From assembly GCA_035506435.1 (NCBI GenBank), contig DATJPK010000026.1, positions 1 to 24,000 on the forward strand: DNA of 24,000 nucleotides, given 5' to 3'. The stretch's first letter is position 1. The number at the start of each line of letters is the position of its first letter. The DNA is from Methanomicrobiales archaeon (lineage in GTDB: Archaea > Halobacteriota > Methanomicrobia > Methanomicrobiales > JACTUA01). This document shows positions 1 to 7,245 of this stretch, in pieces. The notes under the pieces were generated by a model that saw only the letters and a program-made list of their open reading frames with translations, was not told the DNA's origin and did not search any database. The translations under genes and the position numbers were made by a program.

Positions 1-521
1 AGGCCCCGTGCGCCGGTATCTGCACCCTTGCTGCTCCCCTGCACGACGGTCGATACGAGCTCGGGGCCGTACTGCCGGATCCGGTAGAGCTCCGCTTCGC
101 CCTCCTCGATCGCGAGGATGTGGACCGCTCCCGTCGAGGTGGCCTTCACCGCCCGGTCGATCCGGTCCAGGTCCACCTGGCGCCAGGTCCTGATCACCGA
201 GATCTCGTTCCCCGCGTCGAGGTTGATGGTGTGGTGCGATCCCTCGTCCACGCCGTGCTGGATGACCCCGCTGATCCGGAGCCGGTTCGAGTACTGGTGG
301 AAGGACACTCCCTCGACCCGGATCCCGAGCCGGACAGGCTTCTTCTCCGGCTTCTCGGGCCGGATCTTGTCGGTGACCGTCTCGACCGACCTGAAGGTCG
401 TGGCAAAGACGAGGTCCCCCGGCCGGATCAGGTGTGAGAGGTGCCAGAGGTCATCCACGCTCTCGGCAAAGAGCCGTATCTCGCCGTGGGATCCCTTCAT
501 CTCGAGGAACTCGGCCTTCAT
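1..521 (-). CDS. pelA: Pelota (archaeal Dom34 homologue), N-terminal ~173 codons; 3' end lies beyond the left window edge
   Basis: Absent from ORF track (no stop in window). Manual minus-strand translation from ATG at 521 gives MKAEFLEMKGSHGEIRLFAESVDDLWHLSHLIRPGDLVFATTFRSVETVTDKIRPEKPEKKPVRLGIRVEGVSFHQYSNRLRISGVIQHGVDEGSHHTINL..., open to position 3. GGAGG (532-536) lies 10 nt upstream. The DDLWHL..LI.PGD and RI.G motifs are typical of the Pelota N-domain. Confidence 0.9.
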   Translation of the reverse strand, partial: MKAEFLEMKGSHGEIRLFAESVDDLWHLSHLIRPGDLVFATTFRSVETVTDKIRPEKPEKKPVRLGIRVEGVSFHQYSNRLRISGVIQHGVDEGSHHTINLDAGNEISVIRTWRQVDLDRIDRAVKATSTGAVHILAIEEGEAELYRIRQYGPELVSTVVQGSSKGADTGARG

Positions 522-558
522 CGGGAACCCGCCTCCTTCCCTGCCCTGCCGCCACCGT

Positions 559-2448
559 TCATGACGCCACCATCTCCGACCCGCCGGGAGGTACGAACGC
601 GGCGACCGCCTCGGTCGAAAGAACCCTCCGCAGGCCCCCGCGTTCGCCCTCGGGGAGCATCTCCCTGAGGGCCCTCACGACCTTCTTTGCGATGTCGTTC
701 GGTTCATAGATGCCGGGCCTGATGGTGACCCGGCGGGATGTTTTCGGAGTGACCGCGGCCGGCGGCCCCCCGATGACCCTGGGGGTTTCCCCGTCCGCAA
801 GGCCGATCGAGATGGCGAGGGGCACGTCCCTGTACCAGGTCCGTTCGCCCCGCACGAGGAAGCCACCCGTCGAGAGATACTCGCCCGATGGTGGGGTCTT
901 CGAGACCTGGTCGGGGTGTGCCGCGTAGACATCGGCCGAGGCATGCCCGCTCTTCCAGGCCCCCGAGTACGAGGCGGCGAACTGCACCACCTCGTCCATT
1001 CGCTCCGTGGCCCCCTTGACGATCACCACCGCCGCGCCGTGGACGTCGGCGTGGACGAAGGTGTCGCCTCCCGCGAGGTATTTCCGGACGAGCTCCTCGT
1101 TCTGCCCGGCGTCCCTCCCGCCGACGACGAGAACCCCGTCCGAGGTCTCGAACCACCGGAACCGGTGGAACCACCGGCGTTTCGCCTCCGCGGGCTTTTC
1201 CGCCTTCTCCGGCGGCACGGGGAGCGGCCGGGCGAGGGCCGCCATCGCCCCGTCCCGCTTCCGCCGGTATTTCTTGATCTCCTCGTGGGTGCGGCCGATG
1301 TTCTCCCTGACCGATTCCCTGACGGAGATGGTCACCTGCTCCCCGTCGAGGTCGAGGGTGACCGAGGCCTTTTCGGGGTGAAACTGCACGACGGCCTTCG
1401 CCGCGGGGAGGTCGCTCTCCTTCAGGGTCTTCTCGATCTCGCTCCAGGGGTTCTTCTTCTCTGCCGACGAAAGGGCCCGGATGACCTCCTCCACGAGAGG
1501 ATAGTTCGCATAGACGGCCTCGACGGATTTCTCCAGCCGGCCGATCTCTCTCTCGAACTTTTTCAGGCTCTCCTCCTGCCGGGCCCGGATGGTCCCCCTC
1601 CGTTTTGCCGCGGCCTTTTTCTCCTTCGCCGGTGCCGGGGAAGGCCCGCCATAGTATGCCTCGAGCGCCTCGTGGTAACTCGCGAACCGGGCGCTGACCT
1701 TTTCACCTGCTCCGGGGAAGGGCCAGCAGCCCGAGGGGGTGATGACCGGCTCCCTCGCCGTCCTCACCCGTTCGAGGAGGCCGGCGATTGCCTGCCCGAC
1801 CTTCCCCGGGTCCGCCGATCCGGCGGGGGTATCCTTCGGTATTCCCGCAGAGGCGCAGGCCTCCTCCGCGTACCTCCCGCCCAGCATGCACCCGACGGCA
1901 AGGGCCTTCACGATCTCCTTTCCGGATGCGGCGAGGAGGGCCCCGAGGGCGGCAGGAGACATCTCTGAACAATCCGTTCCCGTAAAGAAGTAGGTCGCCC
2001 CCGGGACCACCTCCCGGTCCTTGAACCGGTGGTGCCACAGGGGCTTGATGATGGTCCCAGCCTCGTCGCAGAGCACGATGTTCCCCTCGTCGAAGAGCTC
2101 GGTGACGAGCCGGAGGCTCCCTGCCTTTTTACCGATGGTGATGGTGAAGATCCGCTGGAGGCCGTGCTGGTCAATCCCGAGCACCCGCCCACCCTCGAGA
2201 TGCTTCCTGAGGAGCATGGCAAAACCCCCGGGCTTCACCGGCGCTTCGGGGAGAGCCTTCACGAGGTGCGCCCTCTTCCCGGACTCGATAACGAGGGCGT
2301 GGCGGGCATGGTTCTCTCCCTGGAGCCGGATGGCGATGGTTTTCTGGTCGTACTGGTAGATCTTCCCGACCCAGAGGGGGAGGAGCGGGGCGAGCTCGGC
2401 GACCGCTGCTGTGAGGTCCACCCCGCTCATCCCCTGCGCCGTCGCCAT
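559..2448 (-). CDS. NFACT-family protein (Rqc2/RqcH/FbpA-like ribosome quality control factor, archaeal form)
   Basis: 629-aa ORF. NFACT-N-like N-terminus (LPLWVGKIYQYDQKTIAIRL...ESGKRAHL), central K/E-rich coiled coil, NFACT-R/DUF814 core (WFETSDGVLVVGGRDAGQNEELVRKYLAGGDTFVHADVHGAAVVIVKG). Ends 37 nt before the pelota start on the same strand. Confidence 0.9.
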   Translation of the reverse strand: MATAQGMSGVDLTAAVAELAPLLPLWVGKIYQYDQKTIAIRLQGENHARHALVIESGKRAHLVKALPEAPVKPGGFAMLLRKHLEGGRVLGIDQHGLQRIFTITIGKKAGSLRLVTELFDEGNIVLCDEAGTIIKPLWHHRFKDREVVPGATYFFTGTDCSEMSPAALGALLAASGKEIVKALAVGCMLGGRYAEEACASAGIPKDTPAGSADPGKVGQAIAGLLERVRTAREPVITPSGCWPFPGAGEKVSARFASYHEALEAYYGGPSPAPAKEKKAAAKRRGTIRARQEESLKKFEREIGRLEKSVEAVYANYPLVEEVIRALSSAEKKNPWSEIEKTLKESDLPAAKAVVQFHPEKASVTLDLDGEQVTISVRESVRENIGRTHEEIKKYRRKRDGAMAALARPLPVPPEKAEKPAEAKRRWFHRFRWFETSDGVLVVGGRDAGQNEELVRKYLAGGDTFVHADVHGAAVVIVKGATERMDEVVQFAASYSGAWKSGHASADVYAAHPDQVSKTPPSGEYLSTGGFLVRGERTWYRDVPLAISIGLADGETPRVIGGPPAAVTPKTSRRVTIRPGIYEPNDIAKKVVRALREMLPEGERGGLRRVLSTEAVAAFVPPGGSEMVAS

Positions 2449-2505
2449 GATAAACCCAAGCTACATATGGCTTCAGCGCTAAAAAAATAGACTACTGGTG
2501 GCGAT
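2449..2505. promoter_or_regulatory. 57-bp divergent promoter spacer (NFACT-pelota leftward, membrane protein-ABCE1 rightward)
   Basis: The only AT-rich stretch in the area. AAAAAAATAG (2481-2490) is ~25 nt upstream of ATG 2506. CCATATGTAG (minus strand, 2461-2470) is ~15-20 nt upstream of ATG 2448. No SD before either ATG, suggesting leaderless or very short leaders. Confidence 0.35.
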
Positions 2506-2928
2506 ATGGCAGGCGAGCCGAAGGCCGAAAGGGAGAAGGGGGCGAAACCTGAGGGGGAGAAGGCTCCGGAGAAGTCCCCGGAGAAGGCCACGAAGAGGAA
2601 GCTTTCCCGGGAGGAGAAGCAGGCCCAGCACATGGACCGGCTCAAGCGGACCTCGGTCGCCTGCGGGATGGGGATCATCGTCGGGGTGCTCTCCTTCTAC
2701 CTCGACCCCGCCCCGGCGGGAGCAGCGGTCGCGGGAACGGTATTCGGTATCCTCCTCCTCCTCGCCGGCATCGTGTTCCAGAAGTACGTCTTCCTCGCCC
2801 TCAGGATGGACTATCTCGGCATCACGACGAAGGACTGGTTTTACCAGGGGTTCATGACCTTCTCCCTCTGGTTCATCACCTGGACCATCCTCCTCTCCTC
2901 ACAGATACCCACCCTCACCACCCCGTGA
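2506..2928 (+). CDS. Small membrane protein, function unknown: ~45-aa Lys/Glu/Pro-rich N-terminal tail plus 3 predicted TM helices
   Basis: 140-aa ORF with GC3-biased codons. Hydrophobic segments are SVACGMGIIVGVLSFYL, AVAGTVFGILLLLAGIVF and FMTFSLWFITWTILLSS. Stop is 6 nt before the ABCE1 ATG. Confidence 0.75.
   Translation: MAGEPKAEREKGAKPEGEKAPEKSPEKATKRKLSREEKQAQHMDRLKRTSVACGMGIIVGVLSFYLDPAPAGAAVAGTVFGILLLLAGIVFQKYVFLALRMDYLGITTKDWFYQGFMTFSLWFITWTILLSSQIPTLTTP
2557..2592 (+). repeat. Three tandem 12-nt units (GAGAAGNNNNCG) encoding EKAP-EKSP-EKAT in the charged tail
   Basis: Read directly: gagaaggctccg / gagaagtccccg / gagaaggccacg. Confidence 0.8.
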
Positions 2929-2934
2929 CGGACC

Positions 2935-4707
2935 ATGAGGATCGCCGTAGTCCATAAAGACCGCTGCCACTCGAAGAAGTGCGGGAACGAGTGCATCATC
3001 TATTGCCCGCGCGTGAGGACCGGCGACGAGACGGTGGTCATCGGCGAGGAGGGCACCGCGGTTGTCTCCGAGGAGCTCTGCGTCGGCTGCGGGATCTGCA
3101 TCAAGAAGTGCCCCTTTTCCGCCATCGACATCGTGAGCCTCCCCGAGGAGCTCCCGTATCCCACCCACCGGTACGGGAAAAACGCCTTTGCCCTCTACGG
3201 CCTCCCGATCCCCGTCCCGGGGAAGGTGACCGGTCTCCTCGGCCCGAACGGGATCGGGAAGTCAACTTCCATCCAGATCCTCTCCGGGGGCCTGAAGCCG
3301 AACATGGGCGAGCTCGACCGCGACGTCCCCTGGAAGGAGATCCTCTCCCATTACACGGGCACCGAGCTCTTCGAGTACCTCCGCATGGTCTCAGGAGGCG
3401 GGGTGAAGACCGCGACGAAGCCGCAGTACATCGACTATATCCCGAAGATGTTCAAAGGGAGCGTCGGGGAGCTCCTGGAGACCACGGACGAGCGGGGGCA
3501 GCTCGCCCGGTACGTTGCGGCCTTCTCCCTCGGGCCCCTTATCGACCGGCCCATCGGGTCACTCTCGGGGGGCGAGCTCCAGCGGGTCGCCATCTGCGCC
3601 TGCCTCTCCCGGAAGGCCGATTTCTACTTCCTCGACGAGATCACCCCGTTCCTCGACATCTACCAGCGGATGGCCGCGGCCTCCCTCATCCGTGAGCTCG
3701 CGGCCGAGCGGCCCATCATGATCGTGGAGCATGACCTCGCCATCCTCGACCTTCTCGCCGATACCGTCCACATCGCCTTCGGGAAGCCCGCGGTCTTCGG
3801 GATCGTCACCCAGCCGAAGGGGGTCCGGGTGGGGATCAACCAGTACCTCGAGGGGTACCTCGCCGAGGAGAACATGCGGTTCCGGGAGTACCAGGTGGTC
3901 TTCGAGAGCAGGCAGCACGGGGAGCGGCAGGAACTCGAGGTGCTCACCGAGCTCCCCGCGATGGTGAAGAAGTACCCGGGCTTTACTCTCGAGGTGCAGG
4001 GCGGGGAGATCCACTGCGGCGAGGTGCTCGGCGTCGTCGGGCCGAACGGGATCGGGAAGACCACCTTCGCCCGGCTCCTCGCAAAGGAGGAGGAGCCTGA
4101 CCGGGGGAAAATGGTCCAGGCCCTCAGTATCTCGTACAAGCCCCAGTACCTCAAGGCCGAATCCGAGGAGACGGTCGAGTCGATCCTCAGGTCCGCGACG
4201 ACCCGGTTCGACAGCTCCTTCTTCCAGCACGAGGTCCTCGAACCCCTCGCCCTCACCCACCTCCTTGCCTCGCCGGCAAAGACCCTCTCGGGCGGGGAGC
4301 TCCAGCGGCTCGCCATCGCGACCTGCCTCTCGCGGGAGGCGGACCTCTATATCCTCGACGAGCCGAGCGCCCACCTCGACGTCGAGCAGCGGGTGAAGCT
4401 TCCAAGGGTCATCAGGAACCTCGCGCAGGAGCGGGAGGCGGGCATCCTCGTCATCGACCATGACATCTACCTGATCGACATCATCAGCGAGGGGCTCATG
4501 GTCTTCTCGGGCGAGCCGGGCAGGCAGGGTGTCGCCGAGGGGCCGTTTTCCATGCGGGAGGGGATGAACAGGTTCCTCCGGACCCTCGGGATCACCTTCC
4601 GGAGGGACAGGAGCGGTCGGCCCCGGATCAACAAGCCGGGCTCGTTCCTCGACCGGGAGCAGAGGGCGTCGGGTAACTATTATTACTCGGAGATTTCAAA
4701 GGGCTGA
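2935..4707 (+). CDS. abce1: ABCE1 / RNase L inhibitor-type ribosome recycling ATPase
   Basis: 590 aa. N-terminal double 4Fe-4S motifs (CHSKKCGNECIIYCP, CVGCGICIKKCP), two ABC cassettes with Walker A GPNGIGKST / GPNGIGKTT and two LSGGELQR signatures. Confidence 0.97.
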   Translation: MRIAVVHKDRCHSKKCGNECIIYCPRVRTGDETVVIGEEGTAVVSEELCVGCGICIKKCPFSAIDIVSLPEELPYPTHRYGKNAFALYGLPIPVPGKVTGLLGPNGIGKSTSIQILSGGLKPNMGELDRDVPWKEILSHYTGTELFEYLRMVSGGGVKTATKPQYIDYIPKMFKGSVGELLETTDERGQLARYVAAFSLGPLIDRPIGSLSGGELQRVAICACLSRKADFYFLDEITPFLDIYQRMAAASLIRELAAERPIMIVEHDLAILDLLADTVHIAFGKPAVFGIVTQPKGVRVGINQYLEGYLAEENMRFREYQVVFESRQHGERQELEVLTELPAMVKKYPGFTLEVQGGEIHCGEVLGVVGPNGIGKTTFARLLAKEEEPDRGKMVQALSISYKPQYLKAESEETVESILRSATTRFDSSFFQHEVLEPLALTHLLASPAKTLSGGELQRLAIATCLSREADLYILDEPSAHLDVEQRVKLPRVIRNLAQEREAGILVIDHDIYLIDIISEGLMVFSGEPGRQGVAEGPFSMREGMNRFLRTLGITFRRDRSGRPRINKPGSFLDREQRASGNYYYSEISKG

Positions 4708-4754
4708 AATCGTTCTCTCCGGATCATCGTCGTCGGGGCAAAAATCACTAAAGG

Positions 4755-4784
4755 TTAATATAACTTCCGCCGTATATTCATTCA
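4755..4784 (+). promoter_or_regulatory. Candidate TATA box and promoter of the 405-aa gene
   Basis: TTAATATAA at 4755-4763 is ~25-30 nt upstream of ATG 4785. No SD, consistent with a leaderless mRNA. Confidence 0.4.
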
Positions 4785-6002
4785 ATGATGCAGGAGGAGA
4801 AGCTCCCCGGCCTCAGCCCCGACGACAGGCTGAAAAAGGTCAGGAAAGAGTTCCACGAATACATCGACAAGAACATCGCCGAGATCGTCCAGACCCTCCC
4901 CGTCTTTTTTGCCCACATCATCACGATGCTCAACGACTCCTTCCCCGGCATCAAGGACGAGGCCCACGACGAGTTCATCGACTCGGTCACGGAGCGGATC
5001 CTCTCCGACTCCCGGCAGGGGAACAACCTCGCGTTCGTCGAGAAGGTCTGCGCGAACGCCGTGCGGGCGAAGAAGGGCCAGCGGGCGAAGCAGGGCACCG
5101 ACATCATCGCCGGGATCGAGCTCCTGAAGAGCGAGCAGTTCGCCCCCGCCATCCGGCTCCTGAAGGAGTACACCCACCTGGACGCGACCATCGGCGCGGC
5201 GGTGGCATACTGCTATTACATGCTCTCGATGAAGGAGATCGCCTCGCTCAAGGAGAAGGCCATCAGGGTCGACGAGAAGGAGCAGCGGCCGAACCAGTAC
5301 GAGCTCATGGCGAGGGAGGAGATGCTCCGGCTCGCGAACTCGAGGCCGCCCATCAACGCCCTCAGGGAGCTCCGGATCCGGGAGGAGGAGGAACCGGTCC
5401 TCAGGAGGGCCTTCTGGCTCATGATCTCCTGCGCCCTCGAGTGGTTCCCGAACGAGAAGGGCTTCCTCTTCGTGGGGCTCGAGAAGGCAAAAAGGGACAA
5501 GAACCGGGACATGAAGAGCGAGCTCCTCAAGATCGCGACCGAGCGGTTCTTCGACGACATGTACTTCCTGAAGGAGATGTACCATTTCAAGCTCGAGACC
5601 GGGGACGGTGACGGCGCGACGGTGGTCGTCCGGCAGATGATCCAGCAGTTCCCCGACGGGCTGGAACCCCTGTACTTCGGGCTCATGATCTCCCTCCTCT
5701 CGATGAAGAAGACCACGTACGACGGGTTCCGGAAGCTGCTCCTCATGAAGGGGATCCCCGAGCACATACCCGGGACGATGGACATCGCCTACCATGTCAT
5801 GAACAACGACCACCGGCAGGCGCTCGCCACCCTTCGTGAGCTCAAGGGGAAGTTCCCGAGGTTCGATTTTTACTACGTCTCCCTCGAGTACCTCCTCGCC
5901 GATACCTCCGCCGAGGACCAGAAGCGGAACAAGCGGGCGAGGAAGATGCTCCTCGACTCCATCGACCGGTTCTGCTTAAACGAGCTCGGGATAGAAAGGT
6001 AA
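4785..6002 (+). CDS. Hypothetical protein, predicted all-helical (TPR-like?), cytoplasmic
   Basis: 405-aa ORF with balanced K/E/L/F/Y composition and strong GC3 bias. The antisense ORF 4782-5813 is R/G/P/H/D-rich shadow. No motif I recognise. Confidence 0.8.
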   Translation: MMQEEKLPGLSPDDRLKKVRKEFHEYIDKNIAEIVQTLPVFFAHIITMLNDSFPGIKDEAHDEFIDSVTERILSDSRQGNNLAFVEKVCANAVRAKKGQRAKQGTDIIAGIELLKSEQFAPAIRLLKEYTHLDATIGAAVAYCYYMLSMKEIASLKEKAIRVDEKEQRPNQYELMAREEMLRLANSRPPINALRELRIREEEEPVLRRAFWLMISCALEWFPNEKGFLFVGLEKAKRDKNRDMKSELLKIATERFFDDMYFLKEMYHFKLETGDGDGATVVVRQMIQQFPDGLEPLYFGLMISLLSMKKTTYDGFRKLLLMKGIPEHIPGTMDIAYHVMNNDHRQALATLRELKGKFPRFDFYYVSLEYLLADTSAEDQKRNKRARKMLLDSIDRFCLNELGIER

Positions 6003-6028
6003 TAAAACCGGGCAGGATTCCCGTGGTT
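6003..6028. terminator. Possible bidirectional hairpin between convergent genes
   Basis: AACCGGG (6006-6012) pairs with CCC-gt-GGTT (6020-6028), 7 bp with a 2-nt bulge. The minus strand gives GGTTTTAT after the propeller gene stop. Confidence 0.25.
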
Positions 6029-7239
6029 CACCGGCCGAGGAGCCGGCCGAAAAACCCTGATATCGCTTTTAAGAAAGCCTCGAGGGGGCCCGGGGGTGCC
6101 GCGGGGGCCTCCTGGACCTCCGTGTAGGAAACGGCGGGGGTCAGGGAGTGCGCCGGGGGAGCCGGAGGGGCAGGATAGGTCGTCACGACGGGGAAGGTAT
6201 CGACGGGTATGGTCGGGTTCCCCGCCCCGCTCTCCGGGGGAAGCTGGTAGTACCCGACGTTCTCGGGGGTGACGAACCAGAGCCGGTCCTGGGAGTCGAG
6301 GTAGAGCCTCTTCACCGCGTTGTTCCTGATCCCCCTCGGGGCATCAAGGTGGTCCTTCACGCCGTAATCCCACTTGTAGAGGCCGTAGTTCGTCGCGATC
6401 CAGAGGGCCCCGGAGGGGTCGACCTGGACGTCCGCGATGTCGATCCCCATCATCAGGTCGTCGGGGGTAGCGATCAGCCGGAGCCGGTCCTGCGGGTTGT
6501 AGTGGAGGATTGCTGACGAGTTGAAGATGTAAATTCCCCCGAAGGGGTCCTCCTTGAGCCGGTAGGCCGATCCCGCGGCGAGCTGGGGATCGGTGAAGAG
6601 GGTGAAGGATACAGGGGAATCGGAGTTCTCCGTCGACCAGATACCGGTGTTGCAGGACGCGTACAGGGTCTTTCCCCCGTTATCGGCGGTCATCGAGTCC
6701 ACGTAGTTGCACCCGAGCCCCTCGCGGCCGCCGGGCTGGAACCATTCCCAGGTCCCGTCGCGGTACCGGTGAAGCCCCGCCGTCCCCGCAGCGACCCACA
6801 TCCTCCCGTTCGCGAGGAGGAGCCCGTGGATGTCCAGGCTTTTTAAGAGCTGCTGGTCACGGTTCGTCTCGTACAGGCCGTCCTCGATGACCTGGATGCC
6901 GTCGGGGTAGCCCAGCCAGAGGTGGCCCGCGGGGTCGAACTCGGCGGCGAGGATATGGTCCGAAAGGAGCCCGTAGCTCACGTTACCGTAGGTCATGTGG
7001 CGGATCTGCCACGAACCGTCGTAGATGGAGAGGCCGTTGTCGGTCCCGAAGTAGAGGGTCCCGTGAGGGTCCTCGGCGATGTCGAGGACCCCGAGGGAGG
7101 AGATCTGGTTCGACGAGGCAATGAAAAGGACGGTGCCTGCGAGGGCTGGCCCGGAGACTGCAAAGACGAGGGCGAGGAGGATGACCGGGACCAGCCCGGG
7201 GCTCCGGGACCCCGTGCGGACTCCTGCGCCACCCGCCAT
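6028..7239 (-). CDS. Secreted/membrane-anchored 7-bladed beta-propeller protein (two-component-regulator-propeller, Reg_prop-like repeats), Pro-rich stalk and C-terminal amphipathic helix
   Basis: 403 aa. N-terminal signal/anchor (LVPVILLALVFAVSGPALAG). Seven repeats of the form D-x-x-G-x-[LI]-[WY]-h-[GA]-T-x-x-G-[LI]-x-x-[YW], e.g. EDPHGTLYFGTDNGLSIYD, DPAGHLWLGYPDGIQVIE, NGRMWVAAGTAGLHRYRD, DPSGALWIATNYGLYKWD, SQDRLWFVTPENVGYYQ. Tail is PAPPAPP...GPLEAFLKAISGFFGRLLGR. ATG is 6 nt after the stop of the preceding gene, with GAGGGAGA upstream. Confidence 0.85.
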   Translation of the reverse strand: MAGGAGVRTGSRSPGLVPVILLALVFAVSGPALAGTVLFIASSNQISSLGVLDIAEDPHGTLYFGTDNGLSIYDGSWQIRHMTYGNVSYGLLSDHILAAEFDPAGHLWLGYPDGIQVIEDGLYETNRDQQLLKSLDIHGLLLANGRMWVAAGTAGLHRYRDGTWEWFQPGGREGLGCNYVDSMTADNGGKTLYASCNTGIWSTENSDSPVSFTLFTDPQLAAGSAYRLKEDPFGGIYIFNSSAILHYNPQDRLRLIATPDDLMMGIDIADVQVDPSGALWIATNYGLYKWDYGVKDHLDAPRGIRNNAVKRLYLDSQDRLWFVTPENVGYYQLPPESGAGNPTIPVDTFPVVTTYPAPPAPPAHSLTPAVSYTEVQEAPAAPPGPLEAFLKAISGFFGRLLGR

Positions 7240-7245
7240 GGGACC

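Noticed and set aside
916-1968. 350-aa plus-strand ORF inside the NFACT gene; similar cases are 3559-4461 (opposite ABCE1), 18080-19042 and 18919-19731 (opposite IMPase and NADK), and 15771-16631 (opposite the HEAT protein)
   Set aside because: All are antisense or out-of-frame shadows of confidently identified genes, with R/P/G-rich composition.
2462-2467. TACATA hexamer, the motif bound by the archaellum activator EarA in Methanococcus
   Set aside because: It sits in the NFACT/ABCE1 spacer, not near arl promoters. I found no TACATA in the arlB or arlCDE upstream regions, and a single 6-mer is expected by chance.
4782-5813. 343-aa minus-strand ORF opposite the 405-aa gene
   Set aside because: Its R/G/P/H/D/E/L/V-rich composition has no hydrophobic-core periodicity. 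The plus-strand frame has normal composition, strong third-position GC bias and a TATA box at the right distance.
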